The position numbers and the translations under genes are program-made. From Gemmatimonadales bacterium (lineage in GTDB: Bacteria; Gemmatimonadota; Gemmatimonadetes; Gemmatimonadales; GWC2-71-9), in the NCBI GenBank assembly GCA_035519195.1, contig DATIWU010000010.1, positions 1 to 55,875 of the forward strand: a DNA stretch of 55,875 nt, read 5' to 3'. Numbering within the stretch: position 1 is the stretch's first letter; each line of letters starts with the position of its first letter. Shown here one piece after another: positions 33,817 through 44,709 of this stretch. The notes beneath the pieces are model-generated. The model searched no databases, was not told the DNA's origin, and saw nothing but the letters and a program-made list of their open reading frames with translations.

Positions 33817-34758
33817 ATGATGCCGCCGGTCGCGGTGCTCACGTTGAATCCGAGTCTCGACGTCAGCTACGAGGTGTCACGACTCGTACCCGACGAAAAG
33901 TCCCGCGCCACGCATACGCGGTATGATCCGGGCGGCAACGGCGTGAATGTCGGGCGCACGCTCAAGATCTTGGAGGTCCCGGCCAAGAGCTTCACTCTAG
34001 TCGCGGGGGAAATTGGTCTCTTCCTCGAACATGCGCTGGAACGCGAGGTCGATGCGTCCCACTGCATCCACATTCCGGGAGAGACCCGGGTCAACTGCAC
34101 GCTCATTCAGGTCGATCCGCGCCTCCAGTACGAGGTGACGGCAAGCGGACCCGAGGTCCCCGCTGCGGCGCTCGAACGGATCCGGACGGAGTTCGTGGAA
34201 GCGGCCGGTGACGGATTCGGCGTGCTCACGGGATCGCTGCCACCCGGTGTGCCGCCGGAGACCTACGCCACATGGGTGGAGCAGCTCCGGGCGCGCGGCG
34301 CGCGAGCCGTTGTCGACGCGCAGCCCGCATACCTTGGCCGGGCTCTCGCCGCCGAGCCGTTTCTGATCAAACCCAACCGCCACGAGCTCGAGATGCTCTG
34401 CGGTACCAGCCTCACCACCCCCGATGCGGTGCTCCGAACGGCCCGCCACGTGCAGCAGCGGGGGGTCACGTGGGTGTGCGTGTCGCTCGGCGCCGAGGGG
34501 GCCATCCTCGTCGGGCCCCGGGCGGCGTTTCTCGCCACCGCACCGCGGATCACGGTGCGCTCGACGGTCGGCGCAGGCGACGCGATGCTCGCGGGGCTCG
34601 TCGCGGGGTTCGTCACTTCCGGCGACCCGGTGACGGCGCTCCGCACGGGGGTGGCGTGCGGTAGCGGCTCGGCCACGCACCCAGGCACGATGCTCTGCAC
34701 CCGGGCAGACGTGGAGCGGCTGCAGGCGCTCGTTGAGGTGCGCGGCATCGCCGACTGA
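33817..34758 (+). CDS. 1-phosphofructokinase / PfkB-LacC family hexose kinase
   Basis: TLNPSLD, PGGNGVNV, GSLPPG, IKPN..EL, STVGAGDA; GGAGG SD. Confidence 0.9.
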   Translation: MMPPVAVLTLNPSLDVSYEVSRLVPDEKSRATHTRYDPGGNGVNVGRTLKILEVPAKSFTLVAGEIGLFLEHALEREVDASHCIHIPGETRVNCTLIQVDPRLQYEVTASGPEVPAAALERIRTEFVEAAGDGFGVLTGSLPPGVPPETYATWVEQLRARGARAVVDAQPAYLGRALAAEPFLIKPNRHELEMLCGTSLTTPDAVLRTARHVQQRGVTWVCVSLGAEGAILVGPRAAFLATAPRITVRSTVGAGDAMLAGLVAGFVTSGDPVTALRTGVACGSGSATHPGTMLCTRADVERLQALVEVRGIAD

Positions 34759-34770
34759 CCCGCCGCCCCG

Positions 34771-36314
<1,544 letters not shown>

Positions 36315-36318
<4 letters not shown>

Positions 36319-37217
36319 GCCGTTCGTACCTCCCCGAGCGCCGCTTGAATCGTGGCAGGGTCCTGCCGGTACAGCGCGGCAAGCTGATCATACAACTCCG
36401 GCTCGGAAGCCCGGAGTTCGGCAGCGCGCTCGAAAAAGGCTTCGGTCGCGACCGCGAAGAACTCGGAGAGGTTCGTCGCTCCGTACGGGTCGAGCGCGCT
36501 GGGCTCGCGACGCTCGATGCGCGCGCACAGCCGCTCGTATCCCTCGCTGAGCACGCGCGTCCATGTCGTCGGGTCTCGCACGCGCGCGGTGAGTGGCGCG
36601 ACGCCGCGATACAGTCCCAATTCGACCGCGTCGAGGTGCGGAATCAGGCGAAGCTGGAACGCGAGCGCATGCGCGAACTCATGGTAGACCACATTGTGAC
36701 CATCGGTCGGCTCGACCGCGCCCGCAAGCGAGGAATCCCACGCCAGCACGATCGTGCCGCTGCTCCACGCTTCGCCCAGCTCCGGTCGCACACGCTCCCG
36801 CTCGGGCAACCACTTGGCGAGATCCCGCGATTGGCGCGGAACAAACGTGTGCGGGTACACCAGAATGGTTTTCAGCTCCGGATATGACTCGCCCGGGATC
36901 GCGAGCACGAGGCGGCAAGCCTGGACCGCAATGACAAGCTGCATCTCGAGGGTAAGCGTCAGTCCACCGCAGCCCTCCCAGTGCCGGGTCGCGATCAGCT
37001 CCCGCGCGCTCTCGAGCAGACGGCGCTGCTGATCCGCGGGCAAGAGGCGCGTCGCCGGCACGAGCCGCAGCATGACCGCCCGCCATTCGTCTGGAACAGG
37101 CGCCGGTGGCTCCCGCGCCGCCGCTCGCGCGGCCAGACGAATCAGCAGAGGCCTGAGCGACAGGAAGCCGCCGCACAACAGCGCGGCGGCCCCGACGATC
37201 GCGACCCAGGTGCTCAT
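36315..37217 (-). CDS. mtfA: MtfA / peptidase M90 zinc metallopeptidase with N-terminal TM helix
   Basis: GEAW...IVLAW, NVVYHEFAH, YGATNLSEFFAVATEAFFE, LY.QDP. Confidence 0.88.
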
Positions 37218-38479
37218 TTCTTCAGCTCGAACGCCGCCTTCAATTTTTTCGGCACAGCCGCGTTCTTGAGTCTTACGTACGCGGGGAGACCGTTCGCGTA
37301 GGGCGGGTAGTCCTCGCCCTCGATCAGCGGCGCGAGATAGCGCCGGCACGCCTCCGTGATGTGAAATCCGTCTTCCGTGATGTACTCGCGCGGCATCTTC
37401 CGCTCGACATTGGCGACCTTTTCAAGCGGTACGCTGCCCGTGGTCCAGCGGTACGGCGAATCGGACTTCCGCTCGATCGTGGCCATGAGACCGGACTTTC
37501 CAGCGACAGCGAGTTCGACCGCCGCCTTCCCCACGGCGTACGACTGTTCGACGTCGGTCTTCGAGGCGATGTGGCGCGCAGCACGCATGAGATAGTCGGC
37601 AATCGCATAATGATACTTGTACTTGAGGTTGTCGCCGATCATCTTGCCCAGCACCGGCGCTACCCCGCCGAGCTGCACGTGTCCAAACGCATCGCGCGCG
37701 CCGACCGCCGAAAGAAACTCCCCGGAGTCGAGCCGGATCCCCTCATTCGCCACGATCACACAGTATCCGTGACGCCGCACGGAGCTCTCCACCGCGTCGA
37801 GGAAGCGCTTCTCGTCAAACACGATCTCGGGAAACAGCAGGACGTGCGGCGCTTCTCCAGGGCGTTCGGCCGCGAGGCCCCCAGCGGCTGCGGTCCAGCC
37901 CGCGTGACGACCCAGCACCTCGAGGACGAAGACCTTGGTGGACGTCTTGGCCATGGACGCCGTATCGAACCCCGCCTCGCGGATCGAGACCGCGGTGTAT
38001 TTCGCGACCGAGCCGAACCCGGGGCAGGTATCGGTGAGCGGCAGATCGTTATCCATCGTCTTGGGCACATGGATCGCCTGGATCGGAAGCCCGCGCTCAG
38101 CCGCGAGCTGCGCAACCTTGTGGCACGTATCGGCCGAATCCCCACCACCGTTATAGAAGAAATAGCCGATTTCGTGTGCCTCGAATACTTCGATCAACCG
38201 CTCGTACTCCGACGGGTCTTTCTCGAGACTCTTGAGCTTGTGACGGCACGATCCGAAGGCCCCGCTCGGCGTGTACCGAAGTCCGGCAATTGTGGCATCC
38301 GAATCCTGCGACGTGTCGATCAAGTCCTCCGTCAACGCCCCGATGATGCCGTTCCGGCCCGCCAGCACTTTTCCAATTTTGTCCGGGTGCCGCCGGGCCG
38401 TCTCGATCACCCCCTGGGCCGACGCGTTGATCACCGCCGTGACGCCACCCGACTGCGCGTAGAAGGCGTTACGCGGCAT
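37214..38479 (-). CDS. pfp: 6-phosphofructokinase, probably pyrophosphate-dependent
   Basis: YAQSGGVTAVIN, NGGGDS (Asp at the phosphoryl-donor position), PKTMDND, GRHAGW. Confidence 0.9.
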   Translation of the reverse strand: MPRNAFYAQSGGVTAVINASAQGVIETARRHPDKIGKVLAGRNGIIGALTEDLIDTSQDSDATIAGLRYTPSGAFGSCRHKLKSLEKDPSEYERLIEVFEAHEIGYFFYNGGGDSADTCHKVAQLAAERGLPIQAIHVPKTMDNDLPLTDTCPGFGSVAKYTAVSIREAGFDTASMAKTSTKVFVLEVLGRHAGWTAAAGGLAAERPGEAPHVLLFPEIVFDEKRFLDAVESSVRRHGYCVIVANEGIRLDSGEFLSAVGARDAFGHVQLGGVAPVLGKMIGDNLKYKYHYAIADYLMRAARHIASKTDVEQSYAVGKAAVELAVAGKSGLMATIERKSDSPYRWTTGSVPLEKVANVERKMPREYITEDGFHITEACRRYLAPLIEGEDYPPYANGLPAYVRLKNAAVPKKLKAAFELKK

Positions 38480-38490
38480 GAGTCATGTCC

Positions 38491-40755
38491 TCAATGAAGA
38501 CGGGCAAAGACATCGTGTGCACGAGCTCCATCCGTAGAAAAAGTTATAGTGCCGTCGCGATCCGTTCGCATGACGGTGATTCCGTGCTGCGCGAGCCGGG
38601 CCACCACCTCGGGGGCGGGGTGGCCGTAGTGATTGTGCCGTCCCACACTGATCACCGCGTCGTGCGGCGCCAGCTCCGTGAGCCATGCATCGGAGGTTGC
38701 GCTGTGCGACCCGTGATGCCCCACCTTCAGGAGCTCCACACTGCCGACGCGTCCCGCGAGGTGTGCCTCCACCGGAAGACCCGCGTCCGCCTGGAATAAC
38801 AGGCGCACCGAGCCGTACGTCACGCGGAGCACGACGCCGTGTTCGTTGACGTCGAGCGGCCGTGCGATCCAGGCCGAATCCGGACTCAGCACGTCGAGCG
38901 TAACACCGTCGAGCGCGATGCGATCGCCGCTGCGCGCCGCGCGGTAGCGGGCGCCCGTGGCCTCGACTGCGGCCAGGAACTCGAGGTACAGCGGTCTGCC
39001 CAGCGGCTCGCCAGGCTCGAGCACGAGGCGCGGCGGAAATGTCTGGATCACGGCGGGGAGACCCCCGAGATGATCCGCGTCGCCGTGCGTCGCAACCACG
39101 ATCGATACGCCGCCCGCCCGCGCACGCCGCAGGAACGGAATCACGGTGCGACGCCCGGCGTCGGCGTCCGGGGTGCGCGGACCGCCGTCGATCACGATCC
39201 AGTGATTCTCCGGTGTCCGCAAGAGGGCCGCATCGCCCTGACCCACGTCGAGAAAGAATACTTGAAGACAACGGCATACGTCGAGGCGAAAGACGTCGAG
39301 CGATAAGGCGTCGAGCAGCGACGTCGAGATCGCAACCGTAAACGCGAATGCCAGGCGGGCGGCCAGGAGCCAGGGCCGGCGGGGGCAATTCCACAGCCAC
39401 CACGCGACCACGACCACCCCCGTCCACACGGCGGCCGGCTGCCACCCGGCGATTGAGACCACATGCCCGAACGGGACCCAGGCGGCGCCGCGGGCAATCA
39501 GATCAAGCAAGGCCAGGCCGGCGCCCGAGCCCGCCGCGAAGAGCTGTGCGAGCGGCACGTTGAGCCAGGACAGGGCCAGGGACGTCACGAGCCCCGGGAC
39601 CACGACTCCCGCCACGGGCAGCGCGAGGAGATTCGAGACCGCGCCGATCGGCGCTACGGTTCCAAACGCCAGCGCGCTTACCGGCGCGGTGAGCAGTGTC
39701 GCCGCCAGTGCGGGAGCGCCGAGTCGTAGCAGGCGCGGCCAGTGTCGCGAAATTCGCCCCGCCCAAATGACGGCCCCTACGGCTGTGAAGGACAGCCAGG
39801 CGCCCGCCGAAAGCAGCGCGAACGGCTCGAACACGAGCAGCAGCAAGGCGCACAGCCCCAACAATCCAGCGGGCGCGAGCACGCGCTGACGCACCCGCGC
39901 GACGGCGCGCACACCGAACATCAATCCGGCGCGCGCCGCGGGCGCGGGAAAACCGAGCATCCAGATGTAGCCGGCGAGGGCGAGCAGCGTCAGCGCGGCT
40001 CGCGCTCGCGGCCCGACCCGAATGAGCTCGAGCAGCAACCCAACCCAGACCGCGAAGAACCCGATATGCAGTCCGGCGATCGCGAGCAGGTGCGCGAGGC
40101 CGGCTCGGACATACTGCTCACGGATGGCCGGATCCAGATCAGAACGGCGGCCGATGACGAGCGCCTGGACCATGGGCGCGCGTGCGCCGAACAGGCGATC
40201 CGCACGCGAGGCCAGCGCGTCGCGGACCGCGCCGCGGCCGCGCGGCATGCCCTCGATCAGGTGCGCGGTGCGGGCGACCAACACCCCGCGATCGGCGTCT
40301 CCCGACCACCGTCCCACGACGACCCAGGTCGTTCCGCCGCGCGCCGGTTTTCCCCCCGGCCAGCGAACCCGCAGTGATCCACCGCATTCGGCGCCGGCCA
40401 CCACGTCGGCCTGTGTGACGCCCCCAGAGTCGGACACGGGATCGGACAACGTGAGGAACGCCGAATGGGTGTGCCCTTCTCCCTTCCCAGTTCCCCATTC
40501 CCCACTCCACATGCCGGCACACGTGGCACTCCGTTCGCGCGCCGCCGCGCCACCCCACAGCATCCCGGCCGCGGCGAACAGGGCGAGCGCGGCGCCCAGC
40601 GGCGCGCGCCGCCAGAGTGGCACCGCGACCGCGCCCAGGAAACCGATTACGAAGCGTGCGCCGGGTGTGGATTGGGGCCCCATGAAAAGCAAAACGCCGA
40701 CCGCGAGGCCGGCAGCGAACGCGGCGGCGATCCAGGCGATCGGCGGCCGCGGCAT
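38491..40755 (-). CDS. comEC: DNA uptake channel ComEC/Rec2
   Basis: Competence domain GLAHLLAIAGLH, metallo-beta-lactamase domain DVGQGD, THGDADHLGG, KVGHHGS, YGHP. Confidence 0.94.
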   Translation of the reverse strand: MPRPPIAWIAAAFAAGLAVGVLLFMGPQSTPGARFVIGFLGAVAVPLWRRAPLGAALALFAAAGMLWGGAAARERSATCAGMWSGEWGTGKGEGHTHSAFLTLSDPVSDSGGVTQADVVAGAECGGSLRVRWPGGKPARGGTTWVVVGRWSGDADRGVLVARTAHLIEGMPRGRGAVRDALASRADRLFGARAPMVQALVIGRRSDLDPAIREQYVRAGLAHLLAIAGLHIGFFAVWVGLLLELIRVGPRARAALTLLALAGYIWMLGFPAPAARAGLMFGVRAVARVRQRVLAPAGLLGLCALLLLVFEPFALLSAGAWLSFTAVGAVIWAGRISRHWPRLLRLGAPALAATLLTAPVSALAFGTVAPIGAVSNLLALPVAGVVVPGLVTSLALSWLNVPLAQLFAAGSGAGLALLDLIARGAAWVPFGHVVSIAGWQPAAVWTGVVVVAWWLWNCPRRPWLLAARLAFAFTVAISTSLLDALSLDVFRLDVCRCLQVFFLDVGQGDAALLRTPENHWIVIDGGPRTPDADAGRRTVIPFLRRARAGGVSIVVATHGDADHLGGLPAVIQTFPPRLVLEPGEPLGRPLYLEFLAAVEATGARYRAARSGDRIALDGVTLDVLSPDSAWIARPLDVNEHGVVLRVTYGSVRLLFQADAGLPVEAHLAGRVGSVELLKVGHHGSHSATSDAWLTELAPHDAVISVGRHNHYGHPAPEVVARLAQHGITVMRTDRDGTITFSTDGARAHDVFARLH
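40475..40509 (-). repeat. Five degenerate heptamer units inside comEC
   Basis: + strand ccttctc/ccttccc/agttccc/cattccc/cactcca; encodes WSGEWGTGKGEG. Confidence 0.7.
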
Positions 40756-40769
40756 GACGAATCAGCGTG

Positions 40770-41051
40770 CTACATGAGCTGCACCGCCCGGGCGCCGCAC
40801 CGCGGAGCGAGCGCAACTTTCCGGAAGGCTTCGAGCAGCACAACGTCGAGCTTGGCCTTCTCCTGGTCGCTCCCCAGCGACAGCTCGGTGAGCACTTCGC
40901 CTTCCCGGGTCGAGACGTAATGCGGCGCCAACCGGTTCAGCGCGTACACGACCACGTCGCCCCGGCATGTATCGCAGCCGCAAAACAAGGGAAGCTGTGG
41001 ACGCAGCTTCGCGTATTCGCGCTGCGCGACTTCGAGCGTGACGTTCGTTAC
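40770..41051 (-). CDS. Late competence development ComFB family protein
   Basis: FCGCDTCRGDVVVYALNRLAPHYV matches CxCxxCxxD...ALNxLxxxY. Start uncertain: GTA overlapping the miaB stop, or an upstream in-frame codon near 41150. Confidence 0.8.
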   Translation of the reverse strand, partial: VTNVTLEVAQREYAKLRPQLPLFCGCDTCRGDVVVYALNRLAPHYVSTREGEVLTELSLGSDQEKAKLDVVLLEAFRKVALAPRCGARAVQLM

Positions 41052-42367
41052 CCCACGACGGCGAGCGCCCCGTAGCGCGATTCCGGCACGGCGGTGAAGG
41101 TCGATCCCGTGGTTCCCGTGAACCGCACCCGCCGGTAGGTGCCGATCCACTCGTCGGGCCCCTGCATGAGGGCCACCTTATTGGTCCGAGTGCGTCCCTG
41201 CAATAAGCCGCCGCGCTTGGCGTGTGCCTCGACCAGGACCTCGTGCGTGGTCCCGACGAGCCCAGCATTGCGCCGCGCCGCCACCTGCCGGACGCGCGCG
41301 ATGAGCCGTTCGAGCCGCGCGGCCGCCACCGCCTCGGGAACGGGGTCCTTGATGCGCGTAGCCGGCGTCCCCTCGCGGGGCGAAAACCGGAATGTGTAGG
41401 CGTCGTCGAAATCGACTTCCTGAACCAGCGAAACCGTTTGCTCGAAATCGCTATCGGTTTCGCCCGGGAAGCCCACGATGAGATCGGTGCTGAGCGCGAT
41501 GGTCGGGATCGCCTGCCGCAGCGCCCGTACGACGTCCAAGTACCGCGCCCGGTCGTAACGCCGCAGCATGCGCTTGAGGGTGCGATCGCTGCCGCTCTGC
41601 GCCGGCAAGTGGACGTGCTCGCACACAGCAGGCGTCTCCGCCATCGCGGCCACCACGCGCTCGGTGAAATCGGTGGGATAGGGCGAGGTGAAGCGGACCC
41701 GCCGAATGCCGGGCACGGCGCCGACGGCGCGCAGCAGGTCGGCAAAATCGTGCGTCCCGTCGTGATAGCTGTTGACCGTCTGCCCAAGGAGCGTGACCTC
41801 CGTGGTGCCGCGCTCCACGAGCGCGTGGATTTCGCGCACCACGTCGGATAACATGCGACTTCGCTCCGGTCCCCGCGTCATCGGAACGACGCAGAACGTG
41901 CACCGATAATCGCAGCCCCGCTGCACCGTCACGAACGCGGAGACAGGATCGGCGCGCACGGCCGGGACATCTTCGTAGTGCTCCCATGCGCGGAATTCCA
42001 CTTCCGCCGCCCGATCACCGCGGCGCGCACGCTCGATCAGCTCGGGAAGCGTGCGGTAGCCGTCGGGCCCGACGACCAGATCGACCCGCGGGACGCGCTC
42101 GAGCAGCCGCGTGCCGAGCCGCTGGGCCATGCATCCCACCACGCCGAGCACACCCCCCGGCCGCTTGTGGCGCTGCAAATCCCCCACGCGGCCCAGCACA
42201 CGCTGCTCGGCATGCTCGCGAACCGCGCAGGTGTTGACCAGCATCACGTCGGCCTGACCGGGATCATCGGTGCGCGAATATCCCACCCGCTCGAGAATTC
42301 CGAACATCAGCTCGGAATCCGAGACGTTCATCTGGCAGCCGTACGTTTCGATATACAGGCTTGGCAT
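41048..42367 (-). CDS. miaB: tRNA i6A37 methylthiotransferase MiaB
   Basis: TYGCQMN, NTCAVRE, CDYRCTFC, LLGQTVNSY, C-terminal TRAM domain. Confidence 0.95.
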   Translation of the reverse strand: MPSLYIETYGCQMNVSDSELMFGILERVGYSRTDDPGQADVMLVNTCAVREHAEQRVLGRVGDLQRHKRPGGVLGVVGCMAQRLGTRLLERVPRVDLVVGPDGYRTLPELIERARRGDRAAEVEFRAWEHYEDVPAVRADPVSAFVTVQRGCDYRCTFCVVPMTRGPERSRMLSDVVREIHALVERGTTEVTLLGQTVNSYHDGTHDFADLLRAVGAVPGIRRVRFTSPYPTDFTERVVAAMAETPAVCEHVHLPAQSGSDRTLKRMLRRYDRARYLDVVRALRQAIPTIALSTDLIVGFPGETDSDFEQTVSLVQEVDFDDAYTFRFSPREGTPATRIKDPVPEAVAAARLERLIARVRQVAARRNAGLVGTTHEVLVEAHAKRGGLLQGRTRTNKVALMQGPDEWIGTYRRVRFTGTTGSTFTAVPESRYGALAVVG

Positions 42368-42370
42368 CGG

Positions 42371-43600
42371 TCAGAGGATCGTCACGGGAAATCGCCGCTT
42401 GCCGTCCCACGCGTCGAGCGGGACCGGCACCGAAAGATAATCCTCGGTGAGCGCCTCGACGCACCCGCCGCCATGGCCGCCGGCCACACCATCCGCTACC
42501 CGGCCCCGCTGCGCGAGGCGATAGGCATGCGCGCGCGCTTCTCCCAGCTCCCGCAGCTCCGCGGCGCGCTCACGCACGACCGCGGGCGGAAGTGCGTCCC
42601 CCAAACGCGTGGCGGGAGCATCGGGCCGGGCGCTGAAGGGAAAGACGTGGAGATATGTGAAGGGCAGCGTCCGGACGATCTCGACCGTGGCGCGATGATC
42701 GTCCTCGGATTCCCCGGGAAACCCCGCGATAATGTCGGCGCCCAGCCCGAACACGGGCATCCACTCGGCCAGGAACTCGATCCGTGCGCGATAGGAGCCC
42801 GCCGAATACCAGTGCCGTCCCATGCGCCGCAACACGGGATCCGATCCGGATTGCAGCGGTGCGTGCACATGCGGCGCGAGATGACCGGGCGTCTCGATCA
42901 TCATCCGCGCGAGCCGGTCATCGATCTCCGTCGCTTCGATCGACGACAGCCGAAAGCGGACCGAGGGGACCGCATTGACCAGTGCTTCGACGAGCGCGCC
43001 GATACCCCCTTCCCCCTCCCCCCTTCCCTCTTCCCGGTCTCTTCCATACGTGCCGATATGCACACCCGTGAGGACGATCTCGGCATGATGTTCGCCGAGG
43101 GCGCGCGCCTCCCGGATCAGATCCGCGACTGGTCGGGAGCGATTGGCGCCGCGCGCCAGCGTGGTCGCGCAGAACGTACAGTGCTCATCACAGCCGTCCT
43201 GGATCTTGAGCCACGCCCGGGCGTGCGTCACGAAGCGGCGTAGCACCGGCGAAACGCGCGCGCCTTCGAGCCCGGCCGCGTCGAGCACCGCAGCAGGATC
43301 GGCACCGCGTACGACGCGGGTGACTGACGGCAATCCGGCGATGCTGCCGTCATCCAGCGCGGCGGCGCACCCCATGACGACCGTGGCGAGATTCCCGCGG
43401 CCCGCACGTGCCAGGCGGCGGATATAGCGCCGCATTTTGGCTTCGCTCTCTTCCGTGACGGTGCACGAATTCACGACGGCGATGTCGGCGGAATCGGGTG
43501 TCGCGACGATCGTCGCGCCCTGATCGACGAACGCCTGGCGCACAACTTCGGTGTCGTACTGATTCGCACGGCAGCCGAAGGTGTGGAGAAACACGTTCAC
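42371..43600 (-). CDS. mtaB: tRNA t6A37 methylthiotransferase MtaB (MiaB/RimO family radical SAM)
   Basis: TFGCRANQYD, NSCTVT, KIQDGCDEHCTFC, VLTGVH, RLSSIE, HVFPFS. Confidence 0.88.
   Translation of the reverse strand: MNVFLHTFGCRANQYDTEVVRQAFVDQGATIVATPDSADIAVVNSCTVTEESEAKMRRYIRRLARAGRGNLATVVMGCAAALDDGSIAGLPSVTRVVRGADPAAVLDAAGLEGARVSPVLRRFVTHARAWLKIQDGCDEHCTFCATTLARGANRSRPVADLIREARALGEHHAEIVLTGVHIGTYGRDREEGRGEGEGGIGALVEALVNAVPSVRFRLSSIEATEIDDRLARMMIETPGHLAPHVHAPLQSGSDPVLRRMGRHWYSAGSYRARIEFLAEWMPVFGLGADIIAGFPGESEDDHRATVEIVRTLPFTYLHVFPFSARPDAPATRLGDALPPAVVRERAAELRELGEARAHAYRLAQRGRVADGVAGGHGGGCVEALTEDYLSVPVPLDAWDGKRRFPVTIL
43006..43033 (-). repeat. Four heptamer units inside mtaB
   Basis: + strand ccccttc/cccctcc/ccccttc/cctcttc; encodes EEGRGEGEG. 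Confidence 0.7.
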
Positions 43601-44709
43601 GGCCGGACGCTCAACCCGAAGAACACCGACCAGACCTGTTCGGTGAGCCCTTCCCCGGTGCGTTCGAGCCGCTCGACGCCGAGATCCAGCGCCCCGTGCC
43701 CGTGGGCGAACTGCCGTCCCGTGCCGAGCGAGGCGCCCCACTCGGTGGGCGTCGTCCCGTTCGGCCCGAACGGCAGCTGCCCGCCTCGCACACCCAATCG
43801 CACCGGCGAGGTCCTGCCGATCTCGAGGCCCGCCGACCAATTCACCGTGTTGCTCGCCGTGCTGAATGCTTCGGACCAGGTGCTCAGTGTCGCCGAGCCC
43901 GCGAGCCGGAACTTCCCGCTGGGGCGCCACATGAGCGCGGCGCCGACCGTCTTCGGGAGCTCGGTCGTGTTGGTGAGCGTGTCACCCACGTACTGGTTCA
44001 GGTGCGAATCGTCGCGACCGTACACGGAAATTGAAAGCGCCCGTCCCAGGTTGAGCAGCGCGCTCGCCTGGAGCCCGTACCCCTCATAGCGCACTTGAGC
44101 GATCTGATGCACCGCCGAATACGTGGCCGAGTCGTCGAACAGGCGCGTCGCGCTCTCCTTGGTCGATCCGGGCAGCAGGTGGACGCCGAAGCCGATCGAC
44201 AGGGCGCGACCCAATCGGAAGCCCGCGCCCAGGTGGACGTCCGAGACGCCGCCGTCGCTCGTAATCTGGTCATAGTACGGCTGCATCGTCCCCCGGAGAA
44301 TCATGCTGTCCCGGGTGACCACGCTATACGTCCGGTCGAGATAGTTCGAGAACCCGCCGCCGAGAAATACCCCCGCCACCGGGCCCGCCAGGGTGAACGA
44401 GGGAAACCGCGTAGTCCTGAGCCAGGTGTTGAAGGCCGGATACTCGAGGTCGCGATTCGACGTGTTGATGGAAGCCGTCGCGGTCAATGAGCCGATGTTC
44501 ACGAGCGACGCCTCGGTCAAGAACGACAGGGAATCGAATTGCGCGAACGCGCCACCCGTGCTCCGGGCCCGCACACTCTCGGTTCGCCCGGGGGTGCCGA
44601 GCCCGGTGATGCCGAACTGCGACTCCTGCGCGTATGCCACGCCGGGAGTGACCCCGGCCAGGACGCCCAGGACGGCCAGCGTGAGTCCGATGCGGACGCG
44701 TCTCGTCAT
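43597..44709 (-). CDS. Outer-membrane beta-barrel protein (FadL/PorV-like)
   Basis: Signal peptide ending AYA-Q; N-terminal GLG...RARSTGGA hatch-like motif; alternating beta-strand pattern to the C-terminus (VFFGLSVRP). Confidence 0.65.
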   Translation of the reverse strand: MTRRVRIGLTLAVLGVLAGVTPGVAYAQESQFGITGLGTPGRTESVRARSTGGAFAQFDSLSFLTEASLVNIGSLTATASINTSNRDLEYPAFNTWLRTTRFPSFTLAGPVAGVFLGGGFSNYLDRTYSVVTRDSMILRGTMQPYYDQITSDGGVSDVHLGAGFRLGRALSIGFGVHLLPGSTKESATRLFDDSATYSAVHQIAQVRYEGYGLQASALLNLGRALSISVYGRDDSHLNQYVGDTLTNTTELPKTVGAALMWRPSGKFRLAGSATLSTWSEAFSTASNTVNWSAGLEIGRTSPVRLGVRGGQLPFGPNGTTPTEWGASLGTGRQFAHGHGALDLGVERLERTGEGLTEQVWSVFFGLSVRP

